Of a DNA stretch of 52,949 nt, positions 17,078 through 26,083 are shown one piece after another. A program made the position numbers and the translations under genes. Within the stretch, counting starts at the first letter, position 1. Each line of letters opens with the position of its first letter. Source of the stretch: Candidatus Woesearchaeota archaeon (GTDB taxonomy: Archaea; Nanobdellota; Nanobdellia; SCGC-AAA011-G17; UBA489); NCBI GenBank assembly GCA_964344635.1, contig CAYFOE010000005.1:1-52949 (forward strand). Reading direction: 5' to 3'. The notes beneath the pieces were generated by a model. The model was given only the letters and a program-made list of their open reading frames with translations. It made no database searches and was not told where the DNA came from.

Positions 17078-18058
17078 ATGATTGCTCTAGGTATTGAAAG
17101 TACAGCGCATACTTTTGGAATCGGAATTGTAAGCAAAAGAGAAGTTCTAGTTAATCTGAGAGAAGCTTACACTACCAAAGAAGGCGGGATAATACCCATG
17201 GATGCTGGAAAACATCATGAAAGAATCGCTGACGATCTGGTTAGGAAAGCATTAGAAGAATTTGAGAAACTAGGAAAAGGCCACATAGACCTAGTCGTTT
17301 ATTCTAGAGGTCCAGGAATTGGGCCTTGCCTAAGAGTAGGTAAAGAAACCGCAGAACAACTAGGCAAGTCATTGAATGTTCCAATGATAGGAATCAACCA
17401 TTGTGTAGCCCACCTCTCTGTCGGGAGCTTGGTAACCGACGTAAAGGATCCAGTTTTATTATATGCATCAGGCGCAAACACCCAAGTTATTGCTTACGAA
17501 GGCGGAAAGTACAGAATTTTCGGTGAAACCCTAGATCAAGGAATAGGCAATTTCATAGACGCATTTGCAAGATACCTAGAGTTAGGTTTTCCCGGAGGAC
17601 CAAAGATAGAAGAATTAGCAAAAAGAGGAAGTAAATTTATTGAACTTCCTTATTCCGTTAAAGGAATGGACATTTCCCTATCCGGCCTGTTAACCAACCT
17701 AAAAAACAAATATGACTCCGGCGAGTACAGCAAAGAAGACATCTGTTATTCCCTACAAGAAACTGCCTTTGCAATGCTAGTTGAAGTTGCTGAAAGAGCA
17801 ATGGCTCATTGCGGAAAAAAAGAACTCTTGATTGGCGGAGGAGTCGGATGCAATGCAAGACTACAAGAAATGTGCGAACTAATGTGCAAAGAAAGAAATG
17901 CTAAGTTCTATGCACCACCAAAAGGCCTGCTTGTAGACAACGGTGCAATGATCGCATACCAAGGAATCTTGGAACATTGTGCAGGCAGAAGAGACGAAGG
18001 TGTTGAAACCAGACCCTACGAAAGAACAGACGACGTCTTAGTTAATTGGAAAGATTAA
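17078..18058 (+). CDS. kae1: tRNA t6A threonylcarbamoyltransferase Kae1 (KEOPS)
   Basis: LGIESTAHT, GPG.GP.L, NHCVAH, SGANTQ, GET.D..IGN, DNGAMIA. Confidence 0.96.
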   Translation: MIALGIESTAHTFGIGIVSKREVLVNLREAYTTKEGGIIPMDAGKHHERIADDLVRKALEEFEKLGKGHIDLVVYSRGPGIGPCLRVGKETAEQLGKSLNVPMIGINHCVAHLSVGSLVTDVKDPVLLYASGANTQVIAYEGGKYRIFGETLDQGIGNFIDAFARYLELGFPGGPKIEELAKRGSKFIELPYSVKGMDISLSGLLTNLKNKYDSGEYSKEDICYSLQETAFAMLVEVAERAMAHCGKKELLIGGGVGCNARLQEMCELMCKERNAKFYAPPKGLLVDNGAMIAYQGILEHCAGRRDEGVETRPYERTDDVLVNWKD

Positions 18059-19035
18059 ACAATCCTTTCTAGAACAAACTTAGAAGGCAAACCAAAAGAC
18101 CCCATAGTCACGTGAAATATAAAATTATCAAATTCTGCGTCAAAAGTAGTTTCTTCTGGCGTTAATTTTTTAGAAGCCTTCTTTGCAATATGTTTCAAGA
18201 ATTCATTTAATTGTTGTTCACTAGAATATTCCAAATTAGTTATCAACTCATCTCCATTCCGATAAACCTTTAGTTTTAAGTTCGGCCCATCACAAACAAT
18301 CTTAGAAACCTTAGGATCATGCATTATTGGGTCTATCAACCCAAAATTGATTATATGCTTGATTAGAAAATACCTCAATTTCGAAGGACTTAGGCTGTCT
18401 CTAGATATCTTATTTTTTCTTGCAATCTTATTCATAGATTTTATGAACTTTTCTTTATTCTGAAACAATTCTTCTTTACACTCCAAGATGGGTTTCAATG
18501 AATTTAGAACCATAATTTCTTCAGGAGTTAAATCCGATTCATGCACCACATAGAATAAACCCTTAACTTTTGCAAATGCTAACTCTTCGTCAGTTATTTT
18601 AGATTGAATCAGTGTAACTTTTTCTTCAGGAATCTCAACAACTTTCGGTTCTTCCACTCTTTCTTCAACCTTAGGCTTAGGTAATTCTTTTTTTCGTTCT
18701 TCAAATTCGAAATTTAAGGGATTGAGATTAGTTGTTTCTTCATCCATACTTCTTTCTAACTCCAACAATGAAAATTCATTAGATCTTAAGTCCAACATTT
18801 GTTGCGGAGGCTGAACATCATGCGTAGATACTGCAATGGTCTCAGTTTCAGCAGCCTTATGATATTTTTCTTTATTCTGAGAATGATATGCACGGATCAA
18901 TGCCCTAGTAAAATGAGTTATTATAGAAACTTTTTCTCCAGCCAAAGGATGTTTTATACTATAAATCAAAGACTCAACTTCACTATTTAACTTACTTAGA
19001 TTCCTATCAAGAACAAAATTGATTTCCTTTTTCAT
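18055..19035 (-). CDS. VirB11/FlaI/CpaF-type N-terminal domain protein lacking the ATPase domain
   Basis: YFLIKHIINFGLIDPIMHDPKVSKIVCDGP...TNL.Y...L..F...IA; ends where FTIRK and Walker A would follow; no GxxxxGK[ST]. Confidence 0.7.
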   Translation of the reverse strand: MKKEINFVLDRNLSKLNSEVESLIYSIKHPLAGEKVSIITHFTRALIRAYHSQNKEKYHKAAETETIAVSTHDVQPPQQMLDLRSNEFSLLELERSMDEETTNLNPLNFEFEERKKELPKPKVEERVEEPKVVEIPEEKVTLIQSKITDEELAFAKVKGLFYVVHESDLTPEEIMVLNSLKPILECKEELFQNKEKFIKSMNKIARKNKISRDSLSPSKLRYFLIKHIINFGLIDPIMHDPKVSKIVCDGPNLKLKVYRNGDELITNLEYSSEQQLNEFLKHIAKKASKKLTPEETTFDAEFDNFIFHVTMGSFGLPSKFVLERIV

Positions 19036-19382
19036 TATTCAAGCTCGGTTTTTGGAAGTGGACGAGGTTGAATATCTGTCGGTCTGAAACCTACAGAAGT
19101 CTTATCCCTCACAAACCTTTCAATTAGGATTAATCCTCTGGCAATAGTCTTATTCTGCTCTAAAAGGTCGGATATTTGCTTTTGAAGAGGTTTTTCTTCT
19201 AACTTTTCAGCCTTTTCTATGTTTTTAGCAGCTTCCTCAAATAAAGAAAGCATCCTATCCATCCGCTTAGTCATCTTATTAACCGATTCTAAAACCTCTA
19301 AAGAAACTTTTTCTAAAGCAATGTTATGCTTAATCAGTTCATCAATTAACGGTTCCGATGGAGAAGTCTTTTTTGCTGGCAT
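19035..19382 (-). CDS. Hypothetical coiled-coil protein
   Basis: 115 aa, heptad-like; GAGGT SD; TAATG coupling to downstream gene. Confidence 0.75.
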   Translation of the reverse strand: MPAKKTSPSEPLIDELIKHNIALEKVSLEVLESVNKMTKRMDRMLSLFEEAAKNIEKAEKLEEKPLQKQISDLLEQNKTIARGLILIERFVRDKTSVGFRPTDIQPRPLPKTELE

Positions 19383-19439
19383 TTTACCTCTTTTCCTCTT
19401 TTTAAACTGGGCCTAACAACTTTATAAGATTATTGGTGT

Positions 19440-19960
19440 TTACCCTAATCTAAGTAACTGTTCTGAAGTCTTTGTAGATATTTCTTTAATGAATGCTTCA
19501 TTTTCAAATTTCTCACTTAAACTTGACTGTTTATCCGATTTTAATTTGTAAACCATAAAGATTTCATTGTTCTTATTTCCAATTTTTTCAAAACCTATCT
19601 TGTTAAAGAACTTTTCTAACTGAGAAGGAACCTCAATCTCAATTTTTTTGCTCCCTTCTTAATAGAATACTCCATACACGACTTAGTTATTTCAAAAAGA
19701 TCTTTTTCTTTCGTCTTATTAGAAAAAACCAAATTAGTTATTCTTGCAGAAGCATCTTTCTTTACAATAACATGGGAAAATAAGTTGATAGAATTTTTTT
19801 CTTTCGAGATAAAACTTTTTTCATAAAGTATTTCTGAATTGATCCCCTGAATTAAGAAGTCTTTAATTTCATCTAATTTCTTAGCTCTCTTAGAAGGGTC
19901 ATTAGTCTTTAGAAATCTAGAAGATTTATTTAGGTCATCCTCTTTTAATTTTGAAATCAT
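19440..19960 (-). pseudogene. GNAT-like acetyltransferase split by a -1 frameshift at an A7 tract (19643-19649)
   Basis: Frame 0 ends ...GAKKLRLRFLLS*; the -1 frame continues IEIEVPSQLEKFFNKIGFEKIG (GNAT motif-B-like) to TAA at 19440; joined product 173 aa. Confidence 0.65.
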
Positions 19961-19990
19961 GTGATTTAGACGTTAAAGATCTATAAAAAA

Positions 19991-21616
19991 CTACATGTCC
20001 ATTCCAGGCATTCCACCCATAGGTGCAGACGGTGCCGGGCCTGAAGCTGAACTTGCAATTACATCATCAATCCTCAAGATTAATTCTGCAACCTCTGATG
20101 CGGATTTAACAGCCTGAGTCTTTATCTTTAGAGGTTCAATTACTCCTTCCTTCCAAGAATCAATTGTATCTCCAGAGAAAACATTAATCCCTGAAAATTT
20201 CTCTCCCTTATCATGACTTGCCTTCAAATTTGTAATCACATCAATTGGGTCAAGACCTGCATTTTCTGCAAGAGTCCTAGGAATAATCTCCAGTGAATCT
20301 GCAAACGCTAGAACTGCTAACTGCTCTCTTCCTGAAAGAGTGTTTGCAAAATCTCTTAGTTGTTTAGACAATTCAATTTCCGGAGACCCAGCCCCACCAA
20401 CTGCCTTTCCAACCTTAATTGCAGAGACCACATCCCCGATTGCGTCATCTATTGCCCTTTCTACCTCGGCTACAACGTGTTCGGTTCCCCCTCTAACTAA
20501 TAGTGTAACTGATTTTGGATTCTTACATTCCTTAACATAAGTCATTTCTTCATCCCCAACCTTTACTTCTTCCACCAATCCCGAAAAACCTAATTCTTCA
20601 GAAGTAACTGTTTCTACATTGTTGATAATTTTGGTATTTGTTGCCCTTGCCAACATTTCCATGTCCGATTTCTTTACCCTTCGGGTAGCATAAATTCCTG
20701 CCCTTGCAAGATAGAATTGAGCCAAATCATCAATACCCTTCTGACAGAATACAACCGTTGCACCGGACTCTATGATCTTATCAGTTAATCTCTTAATCAT
20801 TGTTTCTTCTTGTTTCAAGAACGCATCCATTTGATCAGGAGAAGTTATCTGTATTTTAGAATCTGTTTCCGTACTCTTCACTTCAATTGCAGTATCTAAA
20901 AGAAGAATCTTAGCATCCTTTACCTTTTTCGGCATGGAAGAATTAACTCTCTCTTTTTCTATAACAATACCCCTAATCAGTTCCGAATCTTCTATTCCAG
21001 AACCTACCTTCTTTTCGATTTTGATATCCTTAACTGAAACTTCACCAGATTCCTCTGCAACTTGCATAATTGCCTTAACAGTCAGATCTGAAAGTAATTC
21101 CTTTGAAGATTCTGCACCCTTACCAGTCATTGCAGTCATCGCAATTTTCTTTAAGACATCTGCATCCTTCGTACCAATATCTTCCGCAATATTTAGAAGA
21201 ATTTCTTGCGATTTTTCTGCTGCAAGACTATAACCCTTAGAAATTATTGTCGGATGTATATTCTTTTCAATTAAACTTTCCGCACTTTTCAAAAATTCAC
21301 CAGCTAAAACAACAGCAGTAGTAGTTCCATCACCAACTTCCTCTTCTTGAGTCTTTGCAACTTCAACTAACATCTTAGCAGCAGGATGTTCTATCTGCAT
21401 TTCCCTTAAAATTGTAACACCATCATTTGTAACAATGATATCACCCATCGAATCAACAAGCATCTTGTCCATTCCTTTCGGACCCAGTGTTGTACGAACA
21501 GTTTCAGCCACGATCTTAGCCGCCAGAATATTATTTCTTTGTGCATCTTTTCCCAGAGTTCTACTATATCCTTCTGGTAGGATGTAAATTGGTTGGTTTG
21601 GATTATTTTGTGTCAT
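19991..21616 (-). CDS. ths: Thermosome subunit (group II chaperonin)
   Basis: [30 protein letters not shown]-rich tail. Confidence 0.98.
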   Translation of the reverse strand: MTQNNPNQPIYILPEGYSRTLGKDAQRNNILAAKIVAETVRTTLGPKGMDKMLVDSMGDIIVTNDGVTILREMQIEHPAAKMLVEVAKTQEEEVGDGTTTAVVLAGEFLKSAESLIEKNIHPTIISKGYSLAAEKSQEILLNIAEDIGTKDADVLKKIAMTAMTGKGAESSKELLSDLTVKAIMQVAEESGEVSVKDIKIEKKVGSGIEDSELIRGIVIEKERVNSSMPKKVKDAKILLLDTAIEVKSTETDSKIQITSPDQMDAFLKQEETMIKRLTDKIIESGATVVFCQKGIDDLAQFYLARAGIYATRRVKKSDMEMLARATNTKIINNVETVTSEELGFSGLVEEVKVGDEEMTYVKECKNPKSVTLLVRGGTEHVVAEVERAIDDAIGDVVSAIKVGKAVGGAGSPEIELSKQLRDFANTLSGREQLAVLAFADSLEIIPRTLAENAGLDPIDVITNLKASHDKGEKFSGINVFSGDTIDSWKEGVIEPLKIKTQAVKSASEVAELILRIDDVIASSASGPAPSAPMGGMPGMDM

Positions 21617-21695
21617 TTGATTCCCCCATGAATCTTTAATATTTCAGAATTTTTCTGATGTCGATTGTGTAATATCAGCACTAATTGTGTGATTT

Positions 21696-22394
21696 TTAAG
21701 TTTTTTGATTAATTTCCTGCAGAATTCCGATCAATTCACCAAAATTATCTATCGTATAGTCCGGTTGGCCCTTATAACTATCATCTGAGAGGGTATCCAA
21801 GTATTTTGCGTGAACCGAGTACATTCCCAAGTCATTTGCACCCTTTATGTCCCTTTCTAGCCTATCACCCACATATATTGTCTCTTCAGGCTTCAGGCCC
21901 ATCCTATTCAAAGCCTCTAAAAAAGGTTCCTTGGATGGCTTATGAACATTAGTTATATCTCTCCCGATTACTTCCTCAAAGAACCGGGCAATACCCATTG
22001 AACGCAACCTCTTGAAAATTCCTAGAGAAGGAGCATCTGAAACTATTGCAAGCCTAAGTCCACGATTTTTTAGTTCTTTCAATGTAGCTAAAACTTCAGG
22101 AATAGGTTCTAATTTATTGCCGTTGCCACCCCTATAACCAATTATTCCAGCTGCAAGAAGTTTAGGATTGAATTTATTATGCTTTTTTAGAAACTTAGAA
22201 ATAACCTCAGTCCCGTAAAAATCTGACAAGTATTCCTTGAAAAGCAACTCATAAGCTTCATCTTCTCCCATTTCCAAACCAGCATCAATCATTTGTTGTG
22301 CGGCAGATTTAACCGCATTAACCTTATGACTTGTAGAATCAAATAAAGTTAAATCGAAATCAAATAATATCGCTTTAATTTTTCCTTCCATCAT
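21696..22394 (-). CDS. HAD-superfamily hydrolase
   Basis: Motif I FDFDLTL, VSD, KP, YVGDRLERDI.GA. Confidence 0.9.
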   Translation of the reverse strand: MMEGKIKAILFDFDLTLFDSTSHKVNAVKSAAQQMIDAGLEMGEDEAYELLFKEYLSDFYGTEVISKFLKKHNKFNPKLLAAGIIGYRGGNGNKLEPIPEVLATLKELKNRGLRLAIVSDAPSLGIFKRLRSMGIARFFEEVIGRDITNVHKPSKEPFLEALNRMGLKPEETIYVGDRLERDIKGANDLGMYSVHAKYLDTLSDDSYKGQPDYTIDNFGELIGILQEINQKT

Positions 22395-22423
22395 CGAAAT
22401 TTAGAAATCCCTATTTTTAAAAC

Positions 22424-23548
22424 TTAAGGTAACCAAGTCTTATCACTTTTCAACTTATCAGGCAAGTATTTATCGATAACATAGTTTAGTCCCCACTTTG
22501 CCAAAGCTTGCTGTTCTGCACGTTGACCAGACTTAACCTGTTGTTGAATAGCCTTTTGCCAAGGTTTGTGTTGCTTAACAAACGGATCATTCTTCAACGC
22601 ATCCTTTGCACGTTTTATATCAACATCCTTCAATGGATGCGTAGGTAATTTATAATCAACAATATCTTGAGGCGTTATCCCAATGAACCTTGCCTGAGGC
22701 ACACAGAAAAATTCATTCAAGTGAGCTGCATTTCCTGAACCAACCTTCAAAGTCCTATAAATATTGAAGAAAGCATACATATCTCCATCACAGAAAGCAT
22801 AAACAGGAATTTTCTTTTCATCTGCTAACCTTCTAATGAACCTTCTACAAGCTCTGGTTGGAACTCCACCCATTGAAATCAAAATACAATTTGCCTTTTT
22901 CCAATAACCATGTTTGTTTAACCTCTCAAACATACCAGCAGTTTCAATTGCCAAGATAAACTTAGCATTAGTTTCGAATTTTAAATGTTCAACAGAAGTT
23001 GGAACTGAATAAGCACCTGAACCAAACTTAGTACAGTCAATTTTAATCTCTTTTTGAGTGTTAGGATCCTTGTCTATAACTACCAGTTCCCCTGCAACAG
23101 CACCACCCTTTTCCTCAGGGTTGAAACCCAACCTCTCACGGTTAACTCCGAACATAGCCTCAACATCGTCCATTACAGTATCTGATTCTGGCTGTTCCTT
23201 GAATCTAGCATCACCCCAGTTCTTAGATACATAGTATGCCTCTCTTTTTGTCGCAGTATCATTTATTTCCAAAAGACTCTTAGAAAGAGTCATCATCTTA
23301 AGCGTTTGAGCGAAAGACTTGATAGTGTTAACATTTAATGCACGAGTCTTATACTTTCCAAGAAGTTCAAAGAATCCTTTTTTCGGATCATACTTGACAT
23401 TACTTAATGCCCTGATTGGAAAGGTCATTTCCGGACTTTTATTTTTCTTTATAGTCTCATAAACATTTTTTGCAGAAGAATCAATTACCTTTATGGTTTC
23501 TAAATTTTCCTTCTTTGTTTTTGCCTTCTTCACAGTCTTACTTGCCAT
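22424..23548 (-). CDS. top6A: DNA topoisomerase VI subunit A
   Basis: TKREAYY catalytic Tyr, IET, GGVP, DGD TOPRIM, AEQQAL. Confidence 0.96.
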   Translation of the reverse strand: MASKTVKKAKTKKENLETIKVIDSSAKNVYETIKKNKSPEMTFPIRALSNVKYDPKKGFFELLGKYKTRALNVNTIKSFAQTLKMMTLSKSLLEINDTATKREAYYVSKNWGDARFKEQPESDTVMDDVEAMFGVNRERLGFNPEEKGGAVAGELVVIDKDPNTQKEIKIDCTKFGSGAYSVPTSVEHLKFETNAKFILAIETAGMFERLNKHGYWKKANCILISMGGVPTRACRRFIRRLADEKKIPVYAFCDGDMYAFFNIYRTLKVGSGNAAHLNEFFCVPQARFIGITPQDIVDYKLPTHPLKDVDIKRAKDALKNDPFVKQHKPWQKAIQQQVKSGQRAEQQALAKWGLNYVIDKYLPDKLKSDKTWLP

Positions 23549-25124
23549 CTTCTTCTCCCGGAGACTCTAATTGTTTTCTCAATATGTCTTGAATTTCTTT
23601 TGACTGGACATCTGTTAAGCCCAACAATTCTTTTAGTGATTCACCCATGTGAGGGATGTATTTTACAATGTAAGATTTTTTTCTTTCCGATTCTGCAGCT
23701 TTCTTTTTTCTTCTTAGGTAAACCGCTATCTTCCTTCCACACTCTTGAATTGCTAACTTTATTTCCTTAATGATCTCAGGATAGTGAGCAATTGCTTCTT
23801 TTGACTCTGATGTGAAGGGCACCCAAACAGATGCAATATGGATTGCTATCACCATCGGTGCAGTTGGAAGTGCACCCTTTGATTGGGAAACCCCATAATT
23901 CTTCCAAGCAGTCTGCATAATCGATTTCGAAATCGCACAAGCCGATTGCATATATTGTAAAGGAACACGATTTGCAAAACGCATCATCTTAACTAACTCA
24001 TCCCCCTTCAAGTCCCCGCCATAGGCAAATGCACACTCTATCTGGAAAGGCATCCCCCTATAAATCGAAGGAGGTCTTGTTGACGCAGTGTAGAACTCTG
24101 CATTAATCTCTTTCTTTAAACCCTTAATCATAATTTCTTCGCCAATTGGAGAAAGGCAATTTGTAGGCGGAGCCATTATCTTCGTCTTTTCAATTGAACC
24201 AAAAATTGCATCAGCCTGTTTGTGCGTGATACTACCTGGCTTTGAATTCAAAGGAATATTTGCACGCTCACAAATTTCCTTTGCAGTCTTTGCAGAAACT
24301 CTAGAAAATGAATTAGTTAAGAAATGGAGCATAGTTTTTGATTCAGTAGCCTTCATCATCCTAATCAAGACACCAAGTTCGACCCCATAAGGATGAGGTT
24401 GAATCTCCTTAGGTTCTTTTGGAAGCTCATCCGTTCCTTTTTTGTATTTGATCACAGTATTATCTGGAGCAATGTAAGTAATCGTTGCATGAGGATTTGA
24501 AATTGCAGTTTGTTTGATATATTCATCAACACTCAACCTTCCTCTCTGATATTTTCCTTCTAATTCAATCTCTACACGAATCCCATGCTCTTTTGCAGGC
24601 CACTCAATTTCTTTTTCATTCACAATTTCAGGCTCATTATGGTTAACATCAATATGTAATTCATAGAAATGTGCAGGTTCTTTTGGACTTGTCCTAGAAG
24701 TAATCTTAGAAGACTTTCCAGTAGTTAACTGCCCGTATAAAACTGAAGCAGAAACCCCAATCCCTTGCTGTCCCCGCGATTGGCGCATCTTTGAGAATTT
24801 TGAACCGTACAATAATTTTGCAAACACCCTAGGAATTTGTTCCTTTACAATCCCAGGACCATTGTCTTCCACAATAACAGTAAACCGATTATTCTCTTTT
24901 TGTTTAATCTGGACAAGCAATTCTGGCAGAACATTCATTTCCTGGCATGCATCCAGAGAATTATCAACTAACTCCTTAATTGTAGTCGATAAAGCCTTAA
25001 TAGGATTATCAAAACCAAGCAGATGCCTATTACGTTCAAAGAATTGAGAAACAGATATTGCCTTTTGTTCCTGCGCTAATCTTTCTGCATGATTTTTTGT
25101 TTTAGAAGCTTTCTTTGCAACCAT
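23538..25124 (-). CDS. top6B: DNA topoisomerase VI subunit B
   Basis: ELVDNSLDA, EDNGPGI, SRGQQGIG, RFANRVPL, VPFTSESKEAI. Confidence 0.97.
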   Translation of the reverse strand: MVAKKASKTKNHAERLAQEQKAISVSQFFERNRHLLGFDNPIKALSTTIKELVDNSLDACQEMNVLPELLVQIKQKENNRFTVIVEDNGPGIVKEQIPRVFAKLLYGSKFSKMRQSRGQQGIGVSASVLYGQLTTGKSSKITSRTSPKEPAHFYELHIDVNHNEPEIVNEKEIEWPAKEHGIRVEIELEGKYQRGRLSVDEYIKQTAISNPHATITYIAPDNTVIKYKKGTDELPKEPKEIQPHPYGVELGVLIRMMKATESKTMLHFLTNSFSRVSAKTAKEICERANIPLNSKPGSITHKQADAIFGSIEKTKIMAPPTNCLSPIGEEIMIKGLKKEINAEFYTASTRPPSIYRGMPFQIECAFAYGGDLKGDELVKMMRFANRVPLQYMQSACAISKSIMQTAWKNYGVSQSKGALPTAPMVIAIHIASVWVPFTSESKEAIAHYPEIIKEIKLAIQECGRKIAVYLRRKKKAAESERKKSYIVKYIPHMGESLKELLGLTDVQSKEIQDILRKQLESPGEEDGK

Positions 25125-25167
25125 TTAATTGTTCTTTTTTAAAACGATTTATAAAGATTATTGTGTT

Positions 25168-25683
25168 TTACATCAAATTTTCTTTCTTTTGGAGTTCAAT
25201 ATACTTGTAAACATTACCATGAGGTGCACCCTTTAGAAGTTTCTCTATTGCCCTCGTTGCTAAATCCACATCATCTACTTTCCCAATTAATGCAATTGTT
25301 TTTCCATAAACCGAAATAAAAACCCCAGTCATTTTTTCCAACATAGCTCTTGCTTTTCCACTAGTTCCAATTGCCCTAGACCTAATCCTGATCAAATCTT
25401 TTTCATTTCTTGCAAATTTTTTGATATCAATTAATTCATATGCGAAAGTTTCATCTAAAAGAAGTAAAGCTATTTCAGGATTGAACCCCCTCCCAATTGC
25501 AGAAACCATCGGAACCGCATTGAAACAATTAATATTCTCTTCAGAAGTAATTATTACATTCCCTTCTGGTGAAACCGAAAGTTTAGTTTTAGTTTTTCTC
25601 TGGATAAGTCTTTTGATCTCACCATTCTTTCCAATTAAAACTGCAACCCTTTTTTGAGGGATCTTAATCTCTTGTGTAAACAT
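25168..25683 (-). CDS. KH-domain rRNA-processing protein (Dim2/Pno1-like)
   Basis: RVAVLIGKNG, AIGRGF.PE.A, R.IG..GK.R, L..G.PHG.VY; ATG 25683 preferred to the overlapping TTG start. Confidence 0.9.
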   Translation of the reverse strand: MFTQEIKIPQKRVAVLIGKNGEIKRLIQRKTKTKLSVSPEGNVIITSEENINCFNAVPMVSAIGRGFNPEIALLLLDETFAYELIDIKKFARNEKDLIRIRSRAIGTSGKARAMLEKMTGVFISVYGKTIALIGKVDDVDLATRAIEKLLKGAPHGNVYKYIELQKKENLM

Positions 25684-25684
25684 T

Positions 25685-26041
25685 TTAGAAATCTTCAAAT
25701 TCTTCTACTTTTTTGATTATGCCTTTTTTCTTCAAGAATGCAACTTGATTGGGTCTGTACTTGTAAACTAAATCCCCTTTTTCATCCCCACCTAGATCCC
25801 ACGGTTCAACTATTACAATGTCTCCTTCCCTCACCCATAACATTCTCTTCATACGGCCAGGGACACGGCACATCCTAGTCTTTCCATCTAGACATTTGAC
25901 TCTCATTTTTGAACCGCCTAATCTTTGGTCGATAGTTCCAATTACTTCTTTACCCCTCGGAGTTCTAACTCTAGTGATCTCTTCAGGAGGAGTAGGACCA
26001 GCGCCCTTCTTCTTTTTAAACGGTCTCTTAAATGCAGCCAT
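25685..26041 (-). CDS. eif1a: Translation initiation factor aIF-1A
   Basis: LGGSKMRVKCLDGKTR.CR.PGR.KR..W.REGD.VIV.PW. Confidence 0.96.
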   Translation of the reverse strand: MAAFKRPFKKKKGAGPTPPEEITRVRTPRGKEVIGTIDQRLGGSKMRVKCLDGKTRMCRVPGRMKRMLWVREGDIVIVEPWDLGGDEKGDLVYKYRPNQVAFLKKKGIIKKVEEFEDF

Positions 26042-26083
26042 AACTAGTTTCTAGGCTCTCTACTTATAAATCTTCTGGAGAAG

